Shown: positions 43,266 through 56,255 of the stretch, piece after piece | How the letters are laid out: every line of letters starts with the position of its first letter | Position numbering within the stretch: position 1 is the stretch's first letter | Source of the DNA: Vicugna vicugna | Lineage: Eukaryota | DNA: 64,000 nt | Direction of reading: 5' to 3' | Assembly: GCA_013265495.1 (NCBI GenBank) | Contig: MU058796.1 | Coordinates: 496,001-560,000 of the forward strand | Program-made: the position numbers and the translations under genes | The notes under the pieces: model-generated | Told to the model about the DNA's origin: nothing | The model's input: the letters and a program-made list of their open reading frames with translations, nothing else | Database searches by the model: none

Positions 43266-43676
43266 TGCAGTGGATGTTGAGGAATGCCCTCCAGATTCCC
43301 CTTTCAGGATCAGGCCCTCTTCCCCAGCTGCCCAGGGAGCTCCCGCTGCTGGGCTCACAGCGCCCTGCCCAGGAACTGCCGCGGGCCGACAGGGCCTTAA
43401 ATCCCTCTCCCCAGAGGCGGCCCTCGTTGAATGCCAGAGTACAAAGGCTTGGCCCCCTCATCCTTTGCGTCATTTTGAGAAATCTCTGAAGGCCTCTCCC
43501 AGCCGCAGAACCCCCTCCCTGAGGAATTTGCCGGGCCTTTTGTTTGCAACCGAATTGCACGTCTCACTCTGCCCAATCCTGCTTCACTCAGGGCTTCACT
43601 GATAGTTGAAGAGCCTTGCAACCTCCCAGACATCTCTGTCTCAAAGTGGGCTTCCCGTGTTACCCACCCTCAAGAA
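43266..43676 (+). mobile_element. Solo ERVL LTR, LTR16C-like
   Basis: GC-rich island with LTR16 phrases: ccagattccctttcagga, ccccagctgcc, aaaggcttggccccct, ctctgaaggcc, ctctgcccaatcctgcttc, tctctgtctcaaagt..gcttccc. Confidence 0.75.
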
Positions 43677-43834
43677 GGGGATAATATTAACCAAAAAAAC
43701 CAGTCCTGTCAGTGCTATTGGTAATGTACGTACATTGTAGGAATCTGACAATTAAAAACTAAAATAGTCTTAACGCAAATTAAAAAAATGCCCAATTCAG
43801 GTCCAGACCTTGGCGTTTTACATTGTAAAGTTTG

Positions 43835-44005
43835 TCTTTGTCATGTGCTATTTTTTCTTTAATAAGGTAATACTCTGACGTGTGTGTGGTGCTGTTACAC
43901 TTTTTAGCTGAGCACAAAAAGGAAGCACTCCTGACTGAACCCAGAAGAGTTTGCCTTGTCCAGGCTGTAGAGATTTAAAAGTGGGCAGACATTCTAATGG
44001 CATTT
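43835..44005 (+). repeat. Copy 1 of a ~165-bp dispersed direct repeat
   Basis: Aligns by eye with 44899-45067; shared blocks include ctttgtcat, ctttaataa, tgtggtgctgtta, ctttttagctga, cacaaaaaggaagcactcc, gactgaacccagaaga, tttgccttg, gctgtagag, acattcta. Confidence 0.9.
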
Positions 44006-44898
44006 TGACGTTAATGAGGTTGCTGAAGTGGAAAAGTTGAAGGGTCAAAGATAAGAGCAATAGTAAGATCTTCTAGTGTTCCTTTTACATAATAATCACA
44101 TATGAAATATACTTCATGATCTGACCATTATTTCTAACCTGAAATATGTAACGTTATGTGTGAGTGTACTGCTTAAAGTATTAGACTCCTTTTTATAAAC
44201 AAGAATAGCTGTAAAACTCTCAGCTATAAAATGTGTAACTTCAAGTAGAGTTTATTACACTAAGATAATCACGTATCTAGCTGTAATTTTTGTAAGACAA
44301 AAAAAATCTTAAACTAGCTGAATAGATTTTCATGTGTATAATATAATAAGGTGTACGTGTGTCTTTAATCTGCAGTGATAAAGCTGTTTTCCGGGTCATT
44401 CATTATTTAATATGCTCACCCTGTTTGTAACTGTGGCCTACGAGTGCACGTTAGCTTTCACAAGAGCAGCGTTGCTGCTTCACAGCACACAGCCCTGTAC
44501 TCCCAGGCCTGGACATGGTGTTAGTGGTATTTAAAGCTCTTGAGTCTAACATTTTATAGGTCACGATGAACTGGGCTTTTCAGACAAGCTTCTGATATGA
44601 AGCTAATTCAGGCTAGGAGTATAACATGGAATGGAAGCCTTCTGCCTTCAGCTCGTAACATCTTATACAAACCACATATATCAGAAAAGTTTTGATTTGG
44701 TTTATATCGTATGGTTACAGAACTGCGCTTGACTTGTGAAAATTCTATCTTTATCTTTTATTCATTGATTTGTGCTACCAAATAATTATTGAGTAATTTG
44801 GTAGACAAACTAATGTCTCAAACACTCCAAAGGTATTGATGACAACTGGTAAGGCTGTATATTTTTAAGTGTATAGACTGATGTTTATGGAGTTAATA

Positions 44899-45067
44899 CT
44901 TTGTCATACAGTCTTCTTTCTTTAATAAAGGTAATGTTCTGACATCTGTGGTGCTGTTATGCTTTTTAGCTGAACACAAAAAGGAAGCACTCCCGACTGA
45001 ACCCAGAAGATTTTGCCTTGCCCTAGCTGTAGAGCTTTCAAAGTGGCTGAACATTCTAGTGGTATTT
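44899..45067 (+). repeat. Copy 2 of the ~165-bp dispersed direct repeat
   Basis: See copy 1; offset about 1.06 kb. Confidence 0.9.
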
Positions 45068-48000
45068 AAAATATGCCATTCAAATGGCAAATTCGTAGAA
45101 TACAGCACAGTTTTATATACGTGCTTCAAAGACTCTTAAAATGGATGCTGACCCCTCAAAAAGATATTATAATCTGGTGAAGATGAAATATGTGCAGAAA
45201 TAACTGATACCAAATCTCTCAGAAAGCAAAATAAACTTCTAAAAACTTGACAGAGGGGGAAAGTGGCTTGAGGTGGGAAAATGTACTATTTATTTAGGGA
45301 ATACTAAGGAGGTCTGTTAAAGGAGTTATTCAACTTCTGTCCTCACTCTTTTAAACTTTCTGTACCACAGAGCATCTCATCAACTTTCTTCTTCCTTTTG
45401 TGGATTCTCGTAGTTAGGCTGTGGAGGACCAGATCTTTCAAAGATTGTATTCTCCATATTTCTCAAAATTGTGGAATAGTTCTATAAAGTATTATACTTT
45501 AAAAATTGCCTTTAACTCTAAAATGTCAGTACGGAAAATAACACTAACTTCACATTAACTCTGCGAACAATAAGATGTTTACTCTTCTTGTAGCTGAGAG
45601 CAGTAATACACAAGTTCGTTTTCTTCTGCATGGATATTGTTGGATTGTGGTACTTTTACTGTGTCATTATGCTTTCAAAATTGTAGGTATTCTCTGCCTC
45701 GGATACAACAGCAGATAATGAATCACTGGTTTTAGTGCCAGAATTATAAGTGGATATAAAATGTATCATTTCCTCCCTTCCTTCCTATCTTTCATCCTTT
45801 CTTTCTTACTATCTATTTATGTATCTACCACTTACCTATCTGACTTAAGATAATTTCTTGCCTTTGTGACTGAGATGCAGCAAGAGGACATTTCCCTTGA
45901 TCTGTGCTTGTTTTAAAAAAAAAAAGGGGCACTTTTGGTAATACTCTGTAGACTTCTGAGTAGGCGTTCAGTTATCGAGAATGCCATCAGCAATGCCTTG
46001 TTGCTTTCTTATCAGCTACTTCCTGCTGTCAGCTTGGCACTTATTTCAATAGAAAAGGATTTGCATCAAATGTAATGCCTTATTATATACAGCTAACATG
46101 GGGTTTTTAATTGTGCAAACACATGAGACTCCTGCAGTGATAGTCAATTTGATAAAAGGATTAGATTATGAATATTTTGTCATGATTAAAGATTAGCTCT
46201 GATTTATCAGAAGTAAGCCAGTGAGATTTGCCATATACTTATCAGTCACGTGAGACTTCATTAATTCGGAGAGTGTGTGAACCACAAAGTATCTACCTCT
46301 TTATAAGTCTCTGATGAATTTGATTATTTATATTTAGATTATGGGTATTAAGGATTGTTTTTAGCCTTCCACACCTGCTCTGCTGCTGAGAGTATCCCAA
46401 GAGTCTGTGTTTCCAGCCTTTTTGCCTTTATTGTTTTTCATCTCTTATCTTACAGAACAGTTAGGTAAACATCTGTACAAAATTTCTGCAGTTTTTGTTA
46501 AGGAAAATGATGATAGTGTGTTTCAACAGGACATCTTGAGTTTTTCCTTCAGTTAAAAAACCCTCAGTAAAATATAGAAAAATGAGAAATCCAATTTAGG
46601 AAGTATTTATTGAGTGAGCACTTTTTGCCCTAAATAGGACTAGGCATTCCAGTGGATTTAAAAGAAACCCAACAACATCTAACTGGAGCGATAAGACTAG
46701 AGTCCTAGAAACAACTAAAGGCATTCATGGTATGAGACCTGATACAATCAAGTGCCCAGCACTGTTTGGGGTGTTTGGAAAAGAGTATAAACAAAATCGT
46801 AAGGAGTTTACAGCTTAATTTTAAACGTGGAAAATGCTTGGTGACTTAAATAACAACTATACGCAAAGTATAAAAGAGATGCCACAAAGCAGAATGTGAT
46901 TAATTGTCAGATTAATTATATAGACAGATAACTGTCATAGGGAAAAGAGAGAAGGACCACTTCCAGGTTCTGGTAATCAGAGAAGAATTTGATACTGTTT
47001 GGTCAGCAAAGTTTATGTGTTGGCTTTTTCTGTACCTCCTGCCTAGCAGATGCTTCCTGCAAACGTGCACATCTCATAGGCTTGCATAAAGGGCATCACT
47101 GTGTGTTGGAGAATAGGAGTTCCTCAGGCTATTAGCCTAATGTCCTAAGTTCTAAAAATGTTCTACCTCAGAGACAAGAACTTTCAAATGGTTCTTTGCA
47201 TAAGAAGAAGTAATTCAAGAAGCATGCATAGATGATAATTTCTTTGAGAATTCAGTTCAGATGCATCTTTAGATTAGAAAGAATAGAAGGGAAACGTAGA
47301 TAATAGTTTTTATGAGACACAAAATTAAAATCAGATAATCAATAGAAAAAGTTTAATTTCTTGCAGAACAATTGCATAGCACTTTTTCAGATGAGTTTTC
47401 ACTTTGTTGACCATTTTGAGAAATATTAACTCTATTTCCCTGTCTTCCAACATTAGTTTTTTAATTTAATTTATACTATTAAGATACTGTACCCTCATAT
47501 TCCTTTTTATATAAAACATTCCTATACGTTTATAAAGTATGTCACACATTTTACTACCAAAAGATTCTCTAAGTTACAGGAGGAAATTAAATTACCATAA
47601 AATAAAAGTAATAATAATAAAAGCGCATTTTGTTGAAAAATAAATTTGTTGATGAAATAATAGTACTAAAAGTTGTGAAAGGTTTTATACTAAAAGAACT
47701 CAATTTTGGGTAACAAATAGCAGTACTTTCTTGCCTCTTGATAAAAAACCTGAGCACTTACAGAATGTAGTCATTATAATAAAATGAGAAACTTTTCCAG
47801 ATTCGATTAAATAATTAAACAAAAAGTTGTACTTTGTCTTAAGGTTTGCGTAGATGGTAAATTTTAAAAAACCACACCACCAAAAGTCTTATGATTTTAA
47901 TTCTGTGCTTTAATTTTGATTATATAGGAAGTTCTATGAACATTCATTGCTGTGCTGTAATCAAAATGAGGTCTGTAAAAGTGGAAATTGTATTAGCTGT

Positions 48001-51000
48001 CAATTAGACTAGAAATTTGTTTCTTTTATATGCAGAGATTTATAATACTGACTAAATGACGCCTCATGAAACATCTTGGGAGGCAGAAAAAAAAAGTATT
48101 TATGGCATAATTTTCCTGTTTGTCAGAATCACATTCAAAGCATAGGGAGTTATCTTTAAGGTGATTTTAAAATAGCAACAACAAAAATCTAGTTTACTTA
48201 ATTTTGCCCTCTAAAACTCCTTTTAGTTGCAGGTTCTTTTGCATTATTTCAAACTCTAATCCTCTGAGCGGGTAATTAAGGGACCAGAAAAGCCATTTGA
48301 GGAAAAGAAGAGCCATAAGGGTGGAAATATTTCTTCACAGAATGATCTTTAAGAAGTAAATAATTACAAAAGGAAAAGATTTGGGATGACCAATCTAAAT
48401 CTGAGGATAATTAGAAGGAATAGAGTGTGAAAATCAAAATGCTTGGCATGTACAATTCTCATATCATAACAAGACTAATTAAATATTTAGAAACCAAAAA
48501 TCCCCTCACAATTTGAAGAAAAATAACCTACGACAAAAGGGTCTGTAACTTTGCAGATAATTAGCAAGGGTTATAGGAAGGAAAAACATCACAGATTGGC
48601 TCCAAGGCTCTGCAAGGTCATGTCTTATTACGTTGTGTCTTTTATATGGTCTGGTAACAAGTTTCTTGCTAATTTAATCTAACTAGGGCATCCCATAGCA
48701 ATTTCCCATTTCCCTTGTTAAAAATGTGATAGTTTCTGCAAGTGCAAACTGTAGTAGGTTAACATTTTTATAAATAATTGCCCCTAATTGATACAGGTCA
48801 TAATATTTTTTTGAATTATTAAAAGCAGAGGTCTTGAAAATTTGGACACAGAAGTGATATTTTTAAAGTATTTCAACATTTATAGTTTTTATCCCCACTT
48901 AAATTATCTTGTTCCTTTCATTAAGTAGTTAGACCTGATGACCCGGAATGAAACTTAGTCTCAGTGGCATGCTTTGCAAATAAATATTTCTTATTTTGCT
49001 AATAAAAGCAAGCACATTTATGTTGAATGTGCATTTCTACAAACAAGAGATTTTGTACTGGATTAATAAGGCTCTGAGTGAGTCAAGCCTAATTTGCATT
49101 AAACTGACCCCAAGGTCCAGTAAAAACTGCAAAGAACTTCCAAGGTCTGTACAAACTAGAAAGTTGTTTTTAGAAAATCAGCACTGCCATTTCAAAATTC
49201 TAATTTCAGTAATTAATGTGAAATTTTGGAGGAATTTTTTGAGTTTCTAAGATGCAAATTTAACTGTAAATATTAAAATCTGCATACTTTGTGGTTTTAA
49301 TTCCTGACACAATATCTTACTCAAACACAAAGTGATTGTGGGAGGTATCACTTTCATGTTATTCCTGTTTTCAGCTTACTGAAAAACAGAAAATGACAAC
49401 CTTCTGGACATGAGCATACACAGGATTTTACTTCAAGCTTTGGCTGATTTGCTGTAGGTTACCTGATTTTTTTTTTTAAGTTTTCTGTTTGTTACATAAT
49501 CTGTACTTTCTCATTCAGATAGGTTTATGTTTATGTATTGATAGGACAAAAAGATATTTTTTATTTTTGTTTATAGTTGTTTAAATAATAAGTTGACTTT
49601 TTCTATACTTTTTTAAAATACAGTTGCAAAGACACAGTAGCAATTTTTTACAAATTAGGATTATATTTCAAATTTTTGAAAATACTGCTATATAGGAAAC
49701 CAAATGGAATAAAAATTGTATTATTTGTTTTTTCCAAATTATGTATCTATGCATGTATCAGTATTTAAGCATGTTTTCCTAGAGATTCTGGTAGTAACTT
49801 AATTTTAATAAATTCAACTTTAATGATTTTTAAAAAACACACTATTGTAATGTTCAGAGTATAATATCCCAACATGCCTAAAGAATTAAATACTGCATGA
49901 TGGATATAAATCTTCCACAGTACACAAATTGTTAAATAAATTATGAGAACACAGTTATGTGACAAATGGGAACATTACTATAGAACACCTCTTTTTTACC
50001 CATATTAATTACACATCATTTAGCTTCCTAATATTATGTTTACCTAGCAATTAGTTAGGCTCACAAATCATCATTAATAAATATTTAAAGAAAGCAGGAC
50101 CCACTTTCCTTAGCTCTACAAATGGAAGTTTAGACGATAAAAGAGCATTTCATTGTACAATTTAAAAGAAAAGCTTGATTTAACATTCAACTCAGGTTCC
50201 CTCTCGTTGGTGAGGTGGTATCTTGGAGCATAACTTCTGTTTATCCCCTCAGTTTATTTGATTACTTTGCTGGAGCAAATTTATTTAGGAACTTAACTGT
50301 TCATATTTTAAGGTAATCTGCCAAGTGTATAAAAATATATCGAAATTCTCAAAAAGATAGCGGTTCTAGTGCCTGGAGCATTGCATTCCTTGGTCATTTG
50401 GAATTAGTGTATGAAGTGATTTGGAAACTAAAGGTACTTTCCCCCACCCCTTACATAGATCTGTCTCCCTGGTGTTGCATTATTGGCTTTCATGATACAA
50501 AACTGTGTCCAAATTGACAGAATTCTCTCAGAATCAGGTATAGCTGATTGAAGCAAAATTGGATGTCTGGTATTTATTTTCTACTGACTAGGTTGATTTA
50601 CAAGCTGAAATGGTCAGGTTAACCATTCATCATTATTTCATTCATTCAACAATTACTGAATTCCTATTATGTGCCAGGCATATAATCACCTCCAATAAAA
50701 ATTTATTTTCTTTCTTTTCTTTTTATTTTTGCCCTTTATGATAACATGTCTAAATTTTAAAAATTTGTGTACTGGAAGAGAATAAAATTTACTTATTGAC
50801 ATGTGATTTCTTTTTTTTTTTGGTAATTGAGGCTCAAGAGTGAATATTATTTCTATTCCATTAATTAGAGAATGGGTTTATACATCAAATGTAGATGTTC
50901 TATTCAGTTAGAAGGCATAGTTCCCCATATGGATATGTTTTAAACTCTTCCAGAGTACTTCTGTGAATATTCTGCTGATATTTGGCACTTTGGAAAGGAA

Positions 51001-52019
51001 TGCCATTACATATTACCTTAGTACCTTGAAAGCATTTATTTCATCTCAAAAAAGTGAGCAGTTTTAACTAAGACAGAAGGTAACTCAGGAAAGAAACAGA
51101 CCTGTGATTGCTAGTATTTTATAATTGAATTTAAATAATAACAGATGCTACTAAGAGACAAATTGTTGAAGCAGTCTTCACTGAACATACATTCACAATA
51201 AAGCATTAGACTAATTCTAGAGGATGACTCCAAATTTTAGCAAACATTCATTTTTCGTTTCTGTCACGATTTTCTGAGCTTTCTGTTGAATGCTGGGGTA
51301 TTTGTTCAGGTCGGTAGATTTTGCATTTTTAATCTTCCTTAGAACTGTGGTGAATAATGGCCCCTGGCAGGAGATAATGAAATTTTCTTAATTTATATTT
51401 TCAAGCAGAAGCTTCAATTGAAAATGGCATCCTATGGCCTGGAGACATAGCTCCAGTGCAAGTTTCAGGGGAGATGCAATAATAATGCAGTGCCATCGAG
51501 ACGAGGGATGATTGGACAGTGAAGAAGTAATTTAAGGAAGAAAAGAGAATGTACCAAAGCTTTATCGTAGCATATCTAATGATCTGCTGAGAAGATTCCC
51601 AATGGTTTTTGGAGCATGACTGGAGAAACTAATGTTATCTTGCCAAAACAGAAGCCCCTGCTTAATCAGCAGAACAAAACTATTGATTAAAAACACCTCT
51701 CACAATAGATTACACATGGAATCTCATCTCCATACTTTGCATTTGGTAAAGTATAGTAATGAGCATAAGATAATCAAAAGAAGAGTAAAAGCAATTTGTT
51801 GGGCATTGCACAATTCAAGATTAGAGTTGGAAAGGAAACAAATTTGCATGTATAGTTCAGCCTGTTTTTAAAGCTGTACCCAGGAAATGATATGGGAAGT
51901 GTAGGGACTCCTTTGGAAGAATAAAAGACGTTCTACTCCTTTAAGGCTTCCAAATCTATGTCCATCTTATGTAAGGGAGTACTTACCGTTAATATTGATG
52001 TTTTTGTTGCTGGTAATGC

Positions 52020-52230
52020 ATATTCGTTGAGGGATTGTGCAAAGGTTTGCCTACATTATCCTATTTAACCTTAATGACAAACTTCTAAAGAAGGTATTAT
52101 GGTTTACAGATGAGAAGGCTAAGGTTGAAAGATTTAATACATTGCTTATGGAATCACAGCTAAGCAAGCAGCAGAGCTAGAACTAAAACCCCAATCTTTT
52201 TTATTCTAAAGCCTCTGCTTGTAAACACTA
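52020..52230 (-). mobile_element. MIR SINE
   Basis: atttaacctt...aggtattat..tttacagatgagaaggctaagg...cacagctaagcaagcagcagagctagaactaaaaccc. Confidence 0.7.
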
Positions 52231-54098
52231 ATCTCTCCAATTAGCAAATAATTTTGCTTTTGAACAGAGTCGAACAATATGCTGTATTGGTGATTTTTAT
52301 ACAGTTCATTCTCAGATTATAAGTAAGGTGTGCATTGTGCCTTCTTTCAGCTTTAAAAGATTAAGGAAAAGCAGCATATTTATAGTTTACCCGCATTACT
52401 GATACTCCATTACTGATGAAGCACTACGGTCCCCAAAATTTAAAAGGTAGTTTTTTCAAACTACTGTTGTTAATCTGTGCATGATAATTTCTAAGTAATT
52501 TCCATATACTAGTATGTAAATTAGTAATAATACACATTTATAAAATGTATTTTCATCAATTTCACATTTTTCTGGGGAACATTTATCTTAATTTCAAAAG
52601 TATATTGTGGATGTCTTAAAATTTAATATTGAAACCTTAGAATTTTGATTATATCTGGAAGAGAAAATAGACTGTTTTAATATTTTTAATTTCTCACCAT
52701 CTGCTAATTGTGATAGTTAAGAGATTCATAGATATTCTTTAAAGTATTTTCTCTTACATTCTGTGCATAAACCTGGACATCACTGACTTTAAGTATTATA
52801 CTCTTAAGTTTTGCTAATAAGCAAATATATTGGTATTCCCTTATGCACGGGAAGTAAATTAATAAACTATTAATCTCAAATTTTTATTTTATTTTCTTCA
52901 GCTTTTGAGATGTACATTTGTCTTTACTTTTGGATAGAATTTTTTTCCCATTTAGAGTAGAAGGACTTACAGGAATGAGTTTTCTTATAAATTTTTAAAT
53001 TCGGGGTTTTTTGCTCCATTTAAAGCAGCTCTATGGCCTGTAAAGCAGGATTTAGGATTTTTTGGTTGATGAGTTTTATGATTAAAATGTACATTTTATG
53101 AATATTAATGTCAGAAATAATACTTTTATTCTGATATTTCAACTTGATAATGTTACAAAGCATTTAGTTTTGGATTTATTTTTGCTACATATGGAATTCT
53201 CAGGATGAGTGTATTCTATGTATATTTTACAAAATTAGAGGAATAAATAATATGATAAAGTTGCAACCTGAAATAGTGTATAGAAGTAATACACAAGTGA
53301 TATTTTTTGTTAGTGCTTTTAAATCAGTGATGTGAAATAATGGTTAGCCTTTTATCTATACGTGCCAACTTTTGGAAATTTTTGGAAATGTAGTTAGAAT
53401 ATTAAAAATTATTAAACGCTTCGAATTTGAGACCGAGTACATATGAAGGTTTACATTTACTTACTAGGTGGTGGTAAATCCCAGGAATCACTTAGAAATC
53501 AATTTTTTGCAAGGGCTGCCTTTATGCACCTTGAGTTCTTTCTAAAAACGATCATATAGTATACAGTCTCCCTATAGTTGAGCCACTTTATTAGAAATAG
53601 ACTTGAAGAAATAGGTCAAAGGTTGAATAGAAAAATTTGCAAAAATGATTATAGTGGATCTTGTTTTGGTTATTGTTACTTTAGTGATGTCTTCCTTCTA
53701 GGGAACATATTTTTACAGATGGCTAAAAACTTTATTTCCAAATTCAGTTTTAAAATTTTTTATCAGCTAGGAAAAGATTATACTTTCCTTCTGTCGTTGA
53801 AAGTGGGCTTACATGTGATGTATTCATGTACTTAGAAATTGTACTTATTTAGACCCCTCAGGTTAAGAATTTGTGAATAACTAGTCTGCTGCCTCAAAAT
53901 TAGAGCCACTAAAACCCTTGATTCTTATGATTAAAATTAGCAAGAGAAGACACGTTAACATTTTAAACTGTATAATGTACTTACTGCATAAATCATACTT
54001 CCTATTTCACTTGTGTTATATTAAGATCTGCGGAGCAAAAGCGTATGTTTCCATCCATAACTTATTCTTTACTAAAGTACCTAAATCTGTCTCTAGCC

Positions 54099-54286
54099 CA
54101 GTGGTCCTCAGAGGTCAGAATCGTCAGTAGAGCTGGTTAAAACAGATAGCTGAGGACTCGCGTCCAGAGCATCTGAGTCTGTTGGTCTTGGTTGGAACTG
54201 AGAATGAATTTCTTAAGACGTTTCTAGTGAAGGTCCCAGTTGGTGCTGAGGCTGCTGGTCTGAGGACCACATTTGGAGAACCATTG
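54099..54286 (+). mobile_element. MER5A (hAT-Charlie) non-autonomous DNA transposon
   Basis: TIRs CAGTGGTCCTCA and GAGAACCATTG; internal tgctgaggctgctggtctgaggaccaca; about 190 bp. Confidence 0.8.
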
Positions 54287-54368
54287 CTTTAACTTTCCTA
54301 ACTCATCAGTGCATATGTACAAATATCAAATAAAATAAGGTAAATTATTTAAAAGTTGAGGTTTTTTT

Positions 54369-54470
54369 TCACATTTTTTTCTGTGATTTATCATAACATT
54401 TTGCGTATATTTCCCCGTGCTATACAGTGTAATCTTGTTTATCTATTCTACAGTTTTGAAATCCCAGTCT
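54369..54470 (-). mobile_element. Short L1 3'UTR fragment of the same family, truncated at both ends
   Basis: Near-identical to 34657-34742; flanked by AAGTTGAG(G/A)TTTTTTT repeats at 54353-54368 and 54471-54486. Confidence 0.8.
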
Positions 54471-55700
54471 AAGTTGAGATTTTTTTAATGATAAACAGTA
54501 ATTCCATTTCCTTCTAGTCGTAACTAAAGGTCCGCCTATTTTTAAAAATCCTGGGTTTTTTTTCCTGCCTTGTTCTTATTCATACTGAATTTTTATGTTT
54601 CATATTTAAGAAAAGTATAAGATTTTAACATAATGAAGCTACATGGTGTGTTAGTAAAATATACTGATACTTTGTTACTATAATTATGCTCTTACTGATA
54701 ATTTTTTTTTCTCTGGAGAAAGAAACTCCTGCCGGGAATTATGCTCAGGGCTTGAGAATGCAAACAACTGAATGCCTTTCCTTTCTTGGCTTAATTTTGA
54801 CTTTTCATTTTCTGTAGAATGAAAAGTTGAATCAGAGCAGCTGGTGGGAATTCACTTTGGTTCTGGGGCTATTTGCTTTCTGTTTCAGTGTCTTCTCAAA
54901 TGATAGTTTACTGTTTTACAGTCTTACCAACAATGTATTGGTTAAGGAATTTTCAGGTTTTTCTTAGTAGTTTAGTAACAGCTCACACTGAGTATTCTCT
55001 TTTCCCTTGTGACTCCACACTTAACTGCATTTGGTTGGAAAGTTAAGGCTGCTTGCTTCATTCATAAAGGAATGTGTGTAGTCTGTATTTCCATTTCCAT
55101 CATTTGGTTCTCAAAAAGCTTTGGTTTTCTTTCCCATGAATCAAGATCCTAGGATGCAAATCTGATACTCTTATACCTTTGTGTCGCTCTTCTTGCTGGC
55201 CCCTTACTATCTTGGAAGTCAACTACCTTTTTTCCTCAAGATTAATTTCTTACACTGCTGATATGTAAAGTGAACATTTTTGACATCTTGAGAGGCCATG
55301 AATCCTAGAAATCTATTTAATTTGCAGGCACTCCATTTAGTCTCCTTACCTTCAATTTTACTTAGGAATATAGCCCTAAAATTAACACTTTTTGCTGTCT
55401 TAGAGAGAATGCTTTGTATAATGTGATTATTAAAAGAAATAAAAATTACGTGGTTGATATAAATTATGGTAATTGCTTTTGACATTAATTTGAACTGGTG
55501 ATTGTGGTCAGGTGACTAATGCAAAGTTGTTCAGAAAAAGTAAGTATGAGCGATTATTTTTCATTTTGTGGTGTTTGTCTTCTTTTAAACAAAATATAAT
55601 GGAAGCAAGACTTCTTGTCCCTGTATACTTCCTGCAAACATACTGTGACATTGAAAAATGTAAAATAAAAGATATTTTAAATCTCATGCTAAAGTCATAT

Positions 55701-56255
55701 TGAAGTGGAGCAGGACCCTGTGGGTCCCTCCCTGGTACAAATCCTTCCCTGTTCCTGATTCTTGTTTGTAGGAAATAGGCTTCATTCAGCCTCTTTGACC
55801 TTCCCTGAGTTCCAAAGGGCAGTTTCAAACAGTTGCTAATCTGGGAAAGGAAGGGATGCAGAAACGAAGGAGGAGCAGTCAAGAAACAGCAGTGCAGCCT
55901 TGGGGCAGGGTCCTGGTTCCTCCTCAAGGGATACACGTAACAATACCTGAGTTCTCCTGCTGGAGCTGTGGCCCCCACCCAGGCAGAGGATGGTAACTTC
56001 AGGCCCTGCTAAGATTCCTGGAACGTCACCCTGTTACCTCACCACCAACCAGTCAGCAGAAAGTCACACACCCTGCAACCCTGACCTCAGATTTTGCCTG
56101 TAAAAACTTCTCCCTGAAAACCATCGGGGGAGTTCAGGGTTTTTGAGCGGGAGCCACCCATTCTTCTTTGGCCCTGCAGTTACCTTTCTCTGCTCCATGT
56201 TTCTGTTTGTTTGGTCGCACTGTGCCTCTGGCACATGAATTTGCATTTGGTAACG
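55701..56255 (+). mobile_element. Solo LTR of an artiodactyl ERV-like family
   Basis: Sharp GC-richer block starting TGAAG and ending GGTAAC(G), with LTR-like U3/R/U5 phrases (ccttccctgagttccaaagggcag, gcctgtaaaaacttctccc, ggccctgca..cctttctctgctcc). No clear TSD seen. Confidence 0.7.

Noticed and set aside
43219..43633. Four overlapping ORFs or a CpG-island promoter
   Set aside because: Explained by the GC-rich LTR16-like element, which is depleted of stop codons.
55508..55978. 156-aa minus-strand ORF
   Set aside because: It spans the LTR boundary into AT-rich intron and has no gag/pol/env similarity.
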